Origin: a virus
Taxonomy: Duplodnaviria; Caudoviricetes
Virus record (IMG/VR): IMGVR_UViG_3300050335_000039
Coordinates: 1-64,000 of that record
Direction: 5' to 3' (one strand)
DNA length: 64,000 nt
Shown here: in pieces, positions 19,525 to 29,267 of the stretch
Layout of the letters: the number at the start of each line of letters is the position of its first letter
Position numbering within the stretch: the stretch's first letter is position 1
The notes under the pieces: model-generated
Databases searched by the model: none
What the model was told of the DNA's origin: nothing
The model's input: only the letters and a program-made list of their open reading frames with translations
Position numbers and translations under genes: made by a program

Positions 19525-20197
19525 AATCTACTCCTAAACAATCCTTCTTATAATCACATAAAAAACATTTATTATTAAATACTCCATTCCTCATATATAT
19601 ACCAGACTTTATACCTTTTACCATACTAGGAATTATATCATTAATTACTAAATTAGTCAAGTCTTTATTATAGTTAAATTTTATTAGTTTTTTATGTGGA
19701 ATAGAAGCATATAAAACATAATCTGGTTCCTTATTATATAATACCTTATAGGCATAATTATAAATAATAAACTGTATATCTTTATCAATTGATTTAGGAG
19801 CTTTTGAAGCTGTTTTCCAATCTATAATATTATTGTCAACTATTCTATCAATAATTCCAACAAGATATATATCTTTATAAATTTTTAGCTTAAAGAATCT
19901 TTCATAATAATCAATATTGGCATTGGCAATAATTGGAAAAAATTCCTCATTAAATTTTTTTATATAGTCTAAAACTATAATTTTATCTTCATTACTTAAA
20001 TTATATTTTACAGTTACTTCGTCTATAAGAATGTTAAGATCTTTTTCTTTTATTTTTGCTATAATTTCATGTACAGCGCTACCCCTAATAGCGTATATAT
20101 TTTTTTCTCCCAAATCTTTTTTATGTATTCTATAATATGCCTTCATCTGACAATCTAAATAATCTTTTATTAAACTTGCTGAAATTTGTAATGCCAA
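19508..20197 (-). CDS. PD-(D/E)XK exonuclease (RecB/Cas4-like)
   Basis: ISAS..KDYLDC, RGSAVH, GIIDRI, IIDWKT, QFIIY, C-terminal CxxCxxxxxC. Confidence 0.88.
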   Translation of the reverse strand: MALQISASLIKDYLDCQMKAYYRIHKKDLGEKNIYAIRGSAVHEIIAKIKEKDLNILIDEVTVKYNLSNEDKIIVLDYIKKFNEEFFPIIANANIDYYERFFKLKIYKDIYLVGIIDRIVDNNIIDWKTASKAPKSIDKDIQFIIYNYAYKVLYNKEPDYVLYASIPHKKLIKFNYNKDLTNLVINDIIPSMVKGIKSGIYMRNGVFNNKCFLCDYKKDCLGVDYELDN

Positions 20198-20209
20198 ATT
20201 ATTACCTTT

Positions 20210-20578
20210 CTATGTAATAGATATTCTACTATTAGCCGATTCGCTTCTCCAAACATCTATTAACATTTTATAAAAATCAAATTTTAATTTACACTTCTCT
20301 AATCTTGAAACATACTCAGCTAATTCATTTCTTAATGGAATTAATTCATTATTAAATCCAGAATATTTCCACGTAGAATCTATGTATGCAAACGATGGAG
20401 CCTTCCCATTTTGAAAATATTTTGGATCAGTAGTAGCAATTCTAACTATTTCACTTTCCGCAAATTTTATTTTTATATCTAGTTTACTTTTTTCTATAGA
20501 AAGATTTCCTATTTCATCTATTAACTTAGATAATTCGTCAAAATCCGGTAATTGAATTTTATTAGATATAATACTCAT
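20210..20578 (-). CDS. Helical protein, possibly UvsY-like recombination mediator
   Basis: Coiled-coil ending in WRSESANSR; sits in the recombination module. Confidence 0.4.
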   Translation of the reverse strand: MSIISNKIQLPDFDELSKLIDEIGNLSIEKSKLDIKIKFAESEIVRIATTDPKYFQNGKAPSFAYIDSTWKYSGFNNELIPLRNELAEYVSRLEKCKLKFDFYKMLIDVWRSESANSRISIT

Positions 20579-20957
20579 TTATTATCCTTTCTATATTAGA
20601 AACTTTTTCACATATTTTATACGATTTTAAAATATCATCTATACATAATTTATCAGTAATTTTTATTATATAGTCCTTATATTTTTCAAAATTAATTGCG
20701 GATAAAAATACATTATATAAATTAATTTCTGTGTCGTAATTCCAACCAGGAAAATCTAAATAATTAATAAGTATATCGGAAATCTCTTTTTCTGAGAAAT
20801 CAAATGTTTCAGATAAATTCTTATTGCTTATTCCGCAGGCACATCCTTTTATAATTTCAAATATTGATATATAATCTAATACATAATTTGGTATTTTAAA
20901 ATTATCCCAATAATATTTTTTAATATCTTCCCAAATATCATAATTTCTTTTTGTCAT
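20562..20957 (-). CDS. Hypothetical protein
   Basis: 131-aa ORF coupled to neighbours. Confidence 0.65.
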   Translation of the reverse strand: MTKRNYDIWEDIKKYYWDNFKIPNYVLDYISIFEIIKGCACGISNKNLSETFDFSEKEISDILINYLDFPGWNYDTEINLYNVFLSAINFEKYKDYIIKITDKLCIDDILKSYKICEKVSNIERIINEYYI

Positions 20958-21372
20958 ATATTCTATCTAATTCCTCATATAACTCAGACATTTCTGCTAT
21001 AAGGTTTGAGAATGTATCAATATCAAGTACTATAAATTCTTGTACTCCACTTCTTGCACCAGAAAACTTACAAATTAACCCTGGAATAGAATATGTGGAT
21101 TTGGCTTCTTCCATTATTTTATCTAACCATTCTTTTTTTATGGATAGTTGCGTAGCACCCCCATATCCAACTTTAGCTTCTAATTTAAATTTTTTTGGTA
21201 TTCCTGATACTTCACCTGTAATATCTCCAGTTAAGGAAGAAATATTCAACCTAGTTCCAATTGATCCACTTGTAGGAATTCTCTTCCATATACTATTTTT
21301 AATTTTATTATTTAATAATTTTACAGCATCTCTTTCAAATTGAGAGCCCTTCCTTTTTGAATTCAAAACCAT
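20938..21372 (-). CDS. Holliday junction resolvase (Hjc-like)
   Basis: SKRKGSQFERD, SG, GDI, LEAK. Confidence 0.8.
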   Translation of the reverse strand: MVLNSKRKGSQFERDAVKLLNNKIKNSIWKRIPTSGSIGTRLNISSLTGDITGEVSGIPKKFKLEAKVGYGGATQLSIKKEWLDKIMEEAKSTYSIPGLICKFSGARSGVQEFIVLDIDTFSNLIAEMSELYEELDRIYDKKKL

Positions 21373-22665
21373 TTACTTATCTCCAGTCATAATATTATTT
21401 GCTAGATTCATTTTTAAAAATATTGTTCCAATTGGGCCATTTCTATTTTTCCTGATAATAAACTCCGTTATTCCGGCTTGATTAGTACTTTTTGGATTAT
21501 AATAATCATCCCTATACAAAAAACATACAAAATCTGAATCTTCTTCAATATGTCCAGATTGTCTAATATCTGATAAAACAGGGCGTTTATCGTCACGTAA
21601 TTCACAAGACCTATTAATTTGTGATAACATAATTATAGTTATTTTTAAATCATTTGCTAAAAGTTTCATAGCACGAGAAATTCTTCCTAGCTCTGCTACT
21701 GAATCAGAATTACGCTCAGCTAATAATCCTATATAATCTATATATACTAAATTAATATCATATAACTTTTTATATTTTCTAATAGTTGATATTATATAAT
21801 TCAAATCAACTGAAAAAGTAGTATCAATAAAAATATCTAAATCTTTAAATCTCTTTAAAGAATTTTCTATATCATTTACCTTATTTTGATCTAATAAACC
21901 TAGACGTATATCTGTAATAGGTATTCCGGTATCCAAAGCAATAAGTCTATCCATTAAACCAGATTCAGTCATTTCAAGATCAAATACTAAAGATTTAGCT
22001 CCTGCTTTACTGGCATTTAATAATGAATTACACAAAAAAGCTGTTTTACCAGAAGATGGCCTACCAGCTATTATCCATACTTCACCTTCGCAATAACCTC
22101 CAGTAGGAATATCTATTGATTTAAATCCAGTAGTTATTCCAGATATTCCTGGATTTTCTAATCTAGTTTTTATATTCTCAAATGTAATATTAACTGTATC
22201 AGAAATTCTATGCGTGCCTTCTCCACCAGATGTCAATGTTAAATTATCAATTGTACTTCTTAAATTAGAAATAACAGAATCAACATCTTTTTCTTTTATA
22301 AAATTGTCTGATAATTTTGAAGTTACTGAAATTAATGTTTTAGCTTTGTAAGAATCAACTATATTTTTTTCAAAGTATTTCAGATTATCCTTATTATAAT
22401 TTTGTGTTATCAGGTGCTTTATATATTCCTGACCACCTACAGAATCCAGTTTATTTTTACTCTTTAGGTAATTTATTACTAAATTGATTTCTGGCACTAA
22501 ACCATCATTTACTAGAATATTTATAGTATCAAATAGAATATTATGTGGTGAGGAGGAAAACATAAATGGTTTTACATTTTTTACGTCATAGATTAAATCT
22601 GGATTTAAAAGTATAATAGACAAAAATGCTTTCTCGGATTCTGTTGAAAATAATTCATCAGTCAT
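21373..22665 (-). CDS. dnaB: Replicative DNA helicase
   Basis: AGRPSSGKT, IDYIGL, LSQINR, RPVLSDIRQSGHIEEDSD, KNRNGP. Confidence 0.96.
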   Translation of the reverse strand: MTDELFSTESEKAFLSIILLNPDLIYDVKNVKPFMFSSSPHNILFDTINILVNDGLVPEINLVINYLKSKNKLDSVGGQEYIKHLITQNYNKDNLKYFEKNIVDSYKAKTLISVTSKLSDNFIKEKDVDSVISNLRSTIDNLTLTSGGEGTHRISDTVNITFENIKTRLENPGISGITTGFKSIDIPTGGYCEGEVWIIAGRPSSGKTAFLCNSLLNASKAGAKSLVFDLEMTESGLMDRLIALDTGIPITDIRLGLLDQNKVNDIENSLKRFKDLDIFIDTTFSVDLNYIISTIRKYKKLYDINLVYIDYIGLLAERNSDSVAELGRISRAMKLLANDLKITIIMLSQINRSCELRDDKRPVLSDIRQSGHIEEDSDFVCFLYRDDYYNPKSTNQAGITEFIIRKNRNGPIGTIFLKMNLANNIMTGDK

Positions 22666-23035
22666 TTAAGCTCCCTAGTAAAATATTTTTCTGATATTGC
22701 TCGTTAATTCTTTTATTAGTATTATTTATATATGAAGTTAAATCTATATTTGTAGAAAATTCATTGCCATACTTTTTTTCCATTCTTCTCTTGCATAAAT
22801 AGGTTATCAACGGATAAATTTTATCATGGTTTATATTTTCCATATCATACATATCCATTATAGAAAAAAATATAGTTTCCCTGCCATACATTTTTAATAA
22901 TTTATTAAATGTAATTATTATACTTTTATTTATCTGCAAATCAAAAGCCTCACAATAAAACCTGGCTAATAATAGACCAACATTCTTTTCAGTATATAAT
23001 TTTTGAAAATAAAAATCTGCTAAATTTTCTGACAT
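22658..23035 (-). CDS. Hypothetical protein next to helicase
   Basis: 125-aa ORF coupled to dnaB. Confidence 0.65.
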   Translation of the reverse strand: MSENLADFYFQKLYTEKNVGLLLARFYCEAFDLQINKSIIITFNKLLKMYGRETIFFSIMDMYDMENINHDKIYPLITYLCKRRMEKKYGNEFSTNIDLTSYINNTNKRINEQYQKNILLGSLND

Positions 23036-23755
23036 TTATCTATTATCTCCATAATACAAACCACACCCTATCCCACATTCAATTTCATATTCACTCTTAT
23101 ATCTACCGGCATCTTTAGGCAATTCATCTAGATACACATCTTTAAATATTTTTACTCCCATTTTGCGTTCTTGTTTTGCCATGCGTTCAAATGAATCTGG
23201 AAAATCTACTCTAATTTTATTCCAGTATCCCTTACCCCCTTTAACACATCCAATACAATTATTATTTTTATATCCTAATTTATACATCATAGGTATTTCA
23301 ATTCCTGCTTTAATAAGCATATTAAAGCAGTCTTGTTTATTCATATTTAAATATTGTAATGGAAATATACAATATAAATCAGGATTATTTTGTTTAAATC
23401 TTTCTATTCTTTTAGCCTCTTCAACTGTAAAACCAAATATATGTATATCTTCAGGTTTCATATATTGCTCTCTAACTTTTATTTTTAACTCTTGTGTACA
23501 TTTAGCCATACCATTTCCAACAAGCCACCCTGTTTTATTAAAGACATCATATATATCAGTATATTTTTCAGATCGTATTATTTTAATCTCTTGCCCTATC
23601 CATTCTGAAACATCATGCATAAATCTTTTATTATCTGGATGTTCATAAGCCAATGTGTCGCAGTATAAAACTTCAACGTTTAGATATGATTTGGAAACTA
23701 ATTTTGCAACACAAGCTGATGTTACTCCACAGGAAAACCATACCAAAGTTCTCAT
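23036..23755 (-). CDS. PAPS-reductase-like (PP-loop) protein
   Basis: WFSCGVTSA PP-loop, KCTQELK, NNNCIGCVKGG, CGIGC. Confidence 0.82.
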   Translation of the reverse strand: MRTLVWFSCGVTSACVAKLVSKSYLNVEVLYCDTLAYEHPDNKRFMHDVSEWIGQEIKIIRSEKYTDIYDVFNKTGWLVGNGMAKCTQELKIKVREQYMKPEDIHIFGFTVEEAKRIERFKQNNPDLYCIFPLQYLNMNKQDCFNMLIKAGIEIPMMYKLGYKNNNCIGCVKGGKGYWNKIRVDFPDSFERMAKQERKMGVKIFKDVYLDELPKDAGRYKSEYEIECGIGCGLYYGDNR

Positions 23756-24019
23756 AATTTTCTCTTAATTTTATGTCTCATATAAAAGACAAGGTAATTT
23801 ATTCTGCTCTATTAAAACAGCACTTATTCTTCCAGTATATCTATCTCCTAGTTTGGCAATTACTTTATCTATAGCCTCTTTTTCATTTTCGGCAACAGAC
23901 AAATAATACTCATCATACCTTCCAGGCCCAGGATGATAAATGTCAACAATATATATGTTCATATTAATTCTATTATTTTCCTTTCATAATAATTTCTGTG
24001 ACCTATAATTCACAAGTAA

Positions 24020-24077
24020 TGGTGGGTGTAGGAATCGAACCTACGAAAAATATATGAGATACCAATCTCTACCCACC
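24020..24077 (-). ncRNA. 58-nt tRNA-like RNA lacking an anticodon arm
   Basis: GGUGGGU-A-GAGAU(UGGU)AUCUC-AUAUAUUUUUC-GUAGG(UUCGAUU)CCUAC-ACCCACC-A. Confidence 0.75.
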
Positions 24078-24089
24078 ATACAAATTACA

Positions 24090-24929
24090 CTAATTGCCCA
24101 TTAGAACATTAATTTGTTTTTCAATATCTTCAATACTATCCTTAAGTTCTGGGCTATCAACACTATCTTCAGCAAGAAAATCATCCTTACTCTTGCGTGC
24201 CATATAAATATCTTTTAAAAGCACTCCATTTCGTAATTCTACAATCTCTTCTGGAGTTAATGAAATAATACAATTTGATAAATCAAATAAGTCTTCTTTA
24301 TTTACACTAACCTCATCGTTCCTGCTAATGATTGGCATGGTCTTTACTTTCATTTCTCTTCCAGAACCTGAAACTACCAACATAATATCGTATGATGTAA
24401 TAGGTAGCGGTTTAGAATCCGGTAAAGTAGGATCAACATCAATAGCATAAACTGATTTAGAAAGTGCTTCTAACTCAGAAAATAGCTCAACACCACGAGA
24501 TAAAACTTTTACCTGATTTAATTGAGTTTCAGCAACATCAACAATAAAATTATTGCATGATGGGCAGGTTTGTGGATAGGCATTAGAGATTTTTTTTACC
24601 GCTTCACCACAATTAGGGCATACTTTAGCAGGAGTACGGTCAAGAACGTTTACCAAATATGTTTTACGTGAAGGAATATACGAAGGGTCTTTTTTGTATT
24701 CCTTTGGGTTCTTCATAAAAATATTTCTATTATCAGCACAAATTGGACAATCCTCACCCAGACATAATACTGAGATTCCATTAATCCAATGTGTAAAATA
24801 TAATTTAGCCTTACTATCTAAAATTCTAATAATATGGTTTCCTGGAGTAAATTTTAAATAGGTCGTCTTTTTATTATCGAATTGTTTTTGTTTAATATCA
24901 ATATCTGCAAACATAGTTTTATTCTCCAT
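24090..24929 (-). CDS. Single-stranded DNA-binding protein (gp32-like) with Zn-ribbon insert
   Basis: HIIRIL, HW, CLGEDCPIC, YLVNV, CPNC/CPSC, YDI, acidic C-terminal tail. Confidence 0.72.
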   Translation of the reverse strand: MENKTMFADIDIKQKQFDNKKTTYLKFTPGNHIIRILDSKAKLYFTHWINGISVLCLGEDCPICADNRNIFMKNPKEYKKDPSYIPSRKTYLVNVLDRTPAKVCPNCGEAVKKISNAYPQTCPSCNNFIVDVAETQLNQVKVLSRGVELFSELEALSKSVYAIDVDPTLPDSKPLPITSYDIMLVVSGSGREMKVKTMPIISRNDEVSVNKEDLFDLSNCIISLTPEEIVELRNGVLLKDIYMARKSKDDFLAEDSVDSPELKDSIEDIEKQINVLMGN

Positions 24930-25209
24930 TTTCGTTTAATAAATTTTTAATAAGCTCAGTTGTATTTATTCTTTCTTCTTCTAAATATTTTACGGCTTCT
25001 TCTATTGTCAATTTGTTTAGTTCATTGCTTAGTTTCAAGTATTTCCTAAATGCTAACTCCATTCCTACCATCTGTAAGTATCTAATTTGATTTATTGATT
25101 CTGTATTCAAAACAATATTTTCTGGAAACTCAGATAATACATCGGTAAATTTAATATTTTGATACTGACCCAATGAATACAAACGTTCAAGACCGATATT
25201 CCTAACCAT
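24919..25209 (-). CDS. Hypothetical protein
   Basis: aggagg RBS; first gene after the promoter at 25229-25257. Confidence 0.7.
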   Translation of the reverse strand: MVRNIGLERLYSLGQYQNIKFTDVLSEFPENIVLNTESINQIRYLQMVGMELAFRKYLKLSNELNKLTIEEAVKYLEEERINTTELIKNLLNENGE

Positions 25210-25228
25210 ATAACCTCCTTTCTATTTA

Positions 25229-25257
25229 ATTTTACACCATTATATACTAGCTGTCAA
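25229..25257 (-). promoter_or_regulatory. Sigma70-type promoter overlapping the recA stop
   Basis: TTGACA-17 bp-TAAAAT with a TG just upstream of the -10. Confidence 0.7.
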
Positions 25258-26281
25258 GGTCTATTTCTTCCAACTCAATATTATCTATATGAATATCATT
25301 CGTATTATTTATAGCATTTAAACCACTAGTATATATTTCCTTATATAGATCGGGCTTTTCCTGTAAAAGCTCATACATCTTATTAAATCCTTGGGCTAGA
25401 TTTGTTTCTCCAAAAACATAATATGGGCCCCTCTTTTTTAGTATTCCTATAGTTTCTGAAAAATGAATTAAATCTTTAATACTATCTATACCTTTACCAA
25501 ATATAATAGGTAATATATAACTTCTAAATGGTGGAGCTAATTTATTTTTCTTAATGGTATATTTTGATATACTTCCAACAACTGTTTTACCAGTAGTAAT
25601 TTGTTGTCCTTTCGTTAATGAAATCATAATGCTACTAAAATGTTTTAAGGCATGTCCACCTGGAATACTATAACCATGCGTATAACTTCCTACATTATCT
25701 CTAACTTGATTTAGAAACACAAATGCTATATTATTCTTTCTAATATTAAACATGTTTCTTTTTAGAAATTTAGTAACATCCCTAGAAACAGAAGATACTT
25801 GTACATCACCAAAATCATCTTCTTTTTCTTTCTTTGTTACTATACTTCCTATTGAATCAAATACTATTAATCCAAATTCATTTGAATTAATACCAATTTC
25901 TGCTATTTCAAAGGCATGTTCAGAATCTTCTGGTTGAAATATTTTAATGTTATCCTCAGTAAAAATATTTTTACCTATAACCGCCCTGGCATAGTTATAG
26001 TCTAATTGATTTTCCATATCAATATATAAAACCTTATCTCCACTTTGAATAGCATTTTTAGCTATACTTAAAGCTAAAGTGGTCTTACCACTAGATTCTG
26101 GCCCGTCTATATGTGTTATTCTTCCTTTTGGTATTCCTCCTATACCCAATGAAATATCAAGAGACGGTGTATCTGTAGATATTACATCTAGTTTACTTTT
26201 ATCTTCTACTACTAATAAATCTTCTACAAGATCACCAAATTCTTGTTCTATCATTCCCATAAATGAATTGTCTTTAGGCAT
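25247..26281 (-). CDS. recA: RecA/UvsX recombinase
   Basis: LDISLGIGGIPKGRI, GPESSGKTT, IVFDSI, FLNQVR, PGGHALKHFSS, KNKLAPPF. Confidence 0.96.
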   Translation of the reverse strand: MPKDNSFMGMIEQEFGDLVEDLLVVEDKSKLDVISTDTPSLDISLGIGGIPKGRITHIDGPESSGKTTLALSIAKNAIQSGDKVLYIDMENQLDYNYARAVIGKNIFTEDNIKIFQPEDSEHAFEIAEIGINSNEFGLIVFDSIGSIVTKKEKEDDFGDVQVSSVSRDVTKFLKRNMFNIRKNNIAFVFLNQVRDNVGSYTHGYSIPGGHALKHFSSIMISLTKGQQITTGKTVVGSISKYTIKKNKLAPPFRSYILPIIFGKGIDSIKDLIHFSETIGILKKRGPYYVFGETNLAQGFNKMYELLQEKPDLYKEIYTSGLNAINNTNDIHIDNIELEEIDLDS

Positions 26282-26464
26282 CTGTTTTTCCCTTAGGTTT
26301 TTCTATACTATCTATAAATTCTTGTTCTGCTTCTTCTGAAGCAAATTTAAATATAGTCAATCCGGCTATGTTATAATCTGTAGTGTAAAATTTAATAATT
26401 TCATCGGACAATGTATCTATACCGATATAGGTAATAGGTTTTCCATATCTATTATTAAATTCTA

Positions 26465-26743
26465 TCAATGTACGCATAGATCGTCCTTCAAGTTTACTTT
26501 AGGGATTAAAGATTCCACATAATCTGTTGCTACGTGCATAGCTTGATCCATATCTTCTATTAAATTTCCATTTAGATCAAGATCACGGTTACTAAATCCC
26601 TTTAAATTTTCATCATTATACCAACCATACCATTTTTCTTCTAGAAATGAAAATCCAATGTGCCCACCAAATAAATTTAAATAATCATTTCTATACTCAT
26701 CAATAAGAAGCCTATTTAATTTATTTTTAAACTCAATATTCAT
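26465..26743 (-). CDS. Hypothetical protein
   Basis: 92-aa ORF directly after polA. Confidence 0.6.
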   Translation of the reverse strand: MNIEFKNKLNRLLIDEYRNDYLNLFGGHIGFSFLEEKWYGWYNDENLKGFSNRDLDLNGNLIEDMDQAMHVATDYVESLIPKVNLKDDLCVH

Positions 26744-26745
26744 AT

Positions 26746-28632
26746 TTATCCTTTACTCCAACAATTATCTATCTTTCCTTCAACTTTAGCTGGTACAATA
26801 TCTTTTAGAAAAAATCTTTCTGGCTCTAACATTGAATTTTTTATAAACTCAAATGCCTCATTAGCTATATCTTTTCTAGCCATACAAACTATTTCATCAT
26901 GTACTTGCATTAATATTTTAAGTTTATCGTCTCCAAACGGGTTATTATAAAAAATATTACAAAGTGCTAATTTTGTCATGTCAGCACATCCACCTTGAAT
27001 AACGTGATTAAATCCCTTCCTGCATATACTACCTTCTAACATTTGTTTTTCTTTGTAATCTTTATACAAAGTAGGTAAAGAAAAAAATCTCTTTCTTCCT
27101 ATAGGAGTGGAAGAATATAGATTATTTAATACAAATTTAGATACAGCATCTTTATATAAAGATAAAGATGGATAGGCTTTTTCATAGAAATTTTTGATAT
27201 ATTTTTTTCCATTTTCTAATGGAATTGAAAAATTTTTAAATAGACCCCACTCACTAATTCCATAAACAATACCAAAATTTAATGTTTTTCCTATATGCCT
27301 ATCATCCTTTGTAACCCTATCTATATCAACTCCTAAAACAAGTGATGCAGTATTAGTATGAAGATCAATATCATTTACAAATGCTTTAATCATATTACTT
27401 TCTTTAAAATTAACACATAGAAACCTAAGCTCTTGTTGAGAATAATCAAAAGTAATAATTACGTAGTCATCATCAGCAATAAAACACGTCCTATATTCAC
27501 TTTCTCTAACAATATTTTGTAGATTAGGATCACTAGACGAATATCTACCACTACGTGTACCAAGCTGATTAAAATTACTGTGAATTTTGCCTGTTACAGG
27601 ATTTACATTCTCTATAAATTTTTCTCCAAAAGATGTTACTTTTTTAGATATACCTCTATAATTAATTATATCATTTATTAGTTTATTATTTGTAATTTTA
27701 TTTAAAGTTTTCTCATTAGTATCTTTTAAATTTAACCCGTATATATTGTTTAGTATAGAAAGAACCTGTTTATTAGAGTTTAAATTTATATGGTCTCTAA
27801 GATATAACTCCATAAATGATGTTTCTTTAATTGATTTTAATAGCTCTTTATCGCTTTTTTTCTGTACAGGAATACACAGAAAATTAAATAAATCTAGTGC
27901 ATTATCAAATTTTTTATAATTAATAATATCTTTTACTATTTTATCCTTTAATTCGTTTGTAGAGGATTCTGTTTCGGAAATAGCTATTTCATCTAATTTT
28001 TTCCACGCATCAACATCAAGTTTAATGCCATTAAATTCCATACTTGCTGTAACTGGAATTGTTCTATTTTCTAAATCTAAGACATTTAGCATTTTAGTTT
28101 CTTCAAATCTTTTATATTGCTTTTCCTTTATTATTTCAAGGTATTTTATATCATTATCTGAATATTCTAAAATATCCTCTGGTATATCATCTCCAACTTT
28201 ATGTTCTTTATAGAAATATTCTCTAACTTCTTTATCCAATGTAATACCACAATATTTCTCTACAAGTTCTTTTAGTGAATAAAATTGTTTTCCTATTCCG
28301 CTATAAGAAAGTATTTCTGCTATCATTGTGTCATATACATTTTTTAAATAGATTCCTGTAGCGGATTTTATGAATTTTATATCAAATTTTATATTATGAC
28401 CTATTACAAGTTTATCTTCTATAAAACTTATATAATATGTTAATAATTTATTTCCTAATTTTTCAGCATTTAATATATAGGAGTTATTATTTATTTTTAT
28501 TTGCACAAGAATTAAAGTATTAGAATGACAATCTAATCCTGTAGTTTCCGTATCAAGAGATACTTGGTTTGCTGTAAAAATATCTTTTTGAAATTGACTA
28601 ATATATTTTAAATCAGTAACATAATATCTCAA
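26746..28632 (-). CDS. polA: Family A DNA polymerase with 3'-5' exonuclease domain
   Basis: DTETTGL, HNIKFD, YSDND, TRSGRYSSSDPNLQNI, DYSQQELR, KTLNFGIVYG, QGGCAD, VHDE. Confidence 0.95.
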   Translation of the reverse strand: MRYYVTDLKYISQFQKDIFTANQVSLDTETTGLDCHSNTLILVQIKINNNSYILNAEKLGNKLLTYYISFIEDKLVIGHNIKFDIKFIKSATGIYLKNVYDTMIAEILSYSGIGKQFYSLKELVEKYCGITLDKEVREYFYKEHKVGDDIPEDILEYSDNDIKYLEIIKEKQYKRFEETKMLNVLDLENRTIPVTASMEFNGIKLDVDAWKKLDEIAISETESSTNELKDKIVKDIINYKKFDNALDLFNFLCIPVQKKSDKELLKSIKETSFMELYLRDHINLNSNKQVLSILNNIYGLNLKDTNEKTLNKITNNKLINDIINYRGISKKVTSFGEKFIENVNPVTGKIHSNFNQLGTRSGRYSSSDPNLQNIVRESEYRTCFIADDDYVIITFDYSQQELRFLCVNFKESNMIKAFVNDIDLHTNTASLVLGVDIDRVTKDDRHIGKTLNFGIVYGISEWGLFKNFSIPLENGKKYIKNFYEKAYPSLSLYKDAVSKFVLNNLYSSTPIGRKRFFSLPTLYKDYKEKQMLEGSICRKGFNHVIQGGCADMTKLALCNIFYNNPFGDDKLKILMQVHDEIVCMARKDIANEAFEFIKNSMLEPERFFLKDIVPAKVEGKIDNCWSKG

Positions 28633-28831
28633 TTTATCTCCTCTTCTAACTCCTCAACAAGTAGAGCTAAATCTTCTAAAGCATCTTCATAATCTTTTCC
28701 TTCAATTTCTTCTTTATAATAAAGACTGCAATGAATAAATGCTTTAATCCTATTTAGTATATAGACATCATTATTTACATTTTTAATATCAGTTGCCATA
28801 ATATAAATCTCCTTTTTATTAAAATAAAAAA

Positions 28832-28906
28832 TGGAATAGTCAGGAGTTGAACCTGATTTTTAGCTTGTATTTATATTTAATAGCCAGTGTTCCACAACTC
28901 TATTCC
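28832..28906 (-). ncRNA. tRNA-like RNA with an expanded 16-nt AU-rich anticodon-position loop
   Basis: Perfect acceptor GGAAUAG/CUAUUCC plus A; T arm UCAGG-UUCAACU-CCUGA; GGCU/AGCU stem closing AUUAAAUAUAAAUACA. Confidence 0.65.
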
Positions 28907-29069
28907 ATAATACGGTTACACCATCCGTATCGCCGTACGGCTCATGACTCCGAGTACTTATCACGGCGTTGCACTTGACCGATACCCTTCTGGGTATCTT
29001 TACTACCTCTACACATGGCAGAGAAGCTGATACATCCTACTACCTCAACAAGTGAGACTTCAGATGTGT

Positions 29070-29139
29070 AGCGGGATATAGGAATTGAACCTACTTTTAT
29101 GAGCTTATGAAACTCTCACGATACCAACCGTCCACCCGC
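29070..29139 (-). tRNA. Atypical tRNA with CAU anticodon (Met or Ile2)
   Basis: Loop UUCAUAA, T arm GUAGG-UUCAAUU-CCUAU, D arm ACG/CGU; acceptor pairs 6-67 and 7-66 mismatched. Confidence 0.65.
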
Positions 29140-29191
29140 TAAATATCCTATATTAGGTACATATCTTGTTTTTATATAAATGTAAAACTAT

Positions 29192-29263
29192 AGCCGCTAC
29201 GGAGATTCAAACTCCGATCCGTCTTCTCGATTAAAGACATCCTATCAATTGAACGATAGCGGC
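29192..29263 (-). ncRNA. tRNA-like RNA with a non-7-nt anticodon loop
   Basis: Perfect acceptor GCCGCUA/UAGCGGC, D arm GUUC/GGAU, T arm CGGAG-UUUGAAU-CUCCG; GUCUU/AAGAC stem encloses UAAUCGAG (8 nt, or 6 nt with a U-G pair). Confidence 0.65.
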
Positions 29264-29267
29264 TAAA

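Noticed and set aside
19508-20197. CRISPR-Cas (Cas4)
   Set aside because: No repeat-spacer array or other cas genes seen; context is a phage recombination module
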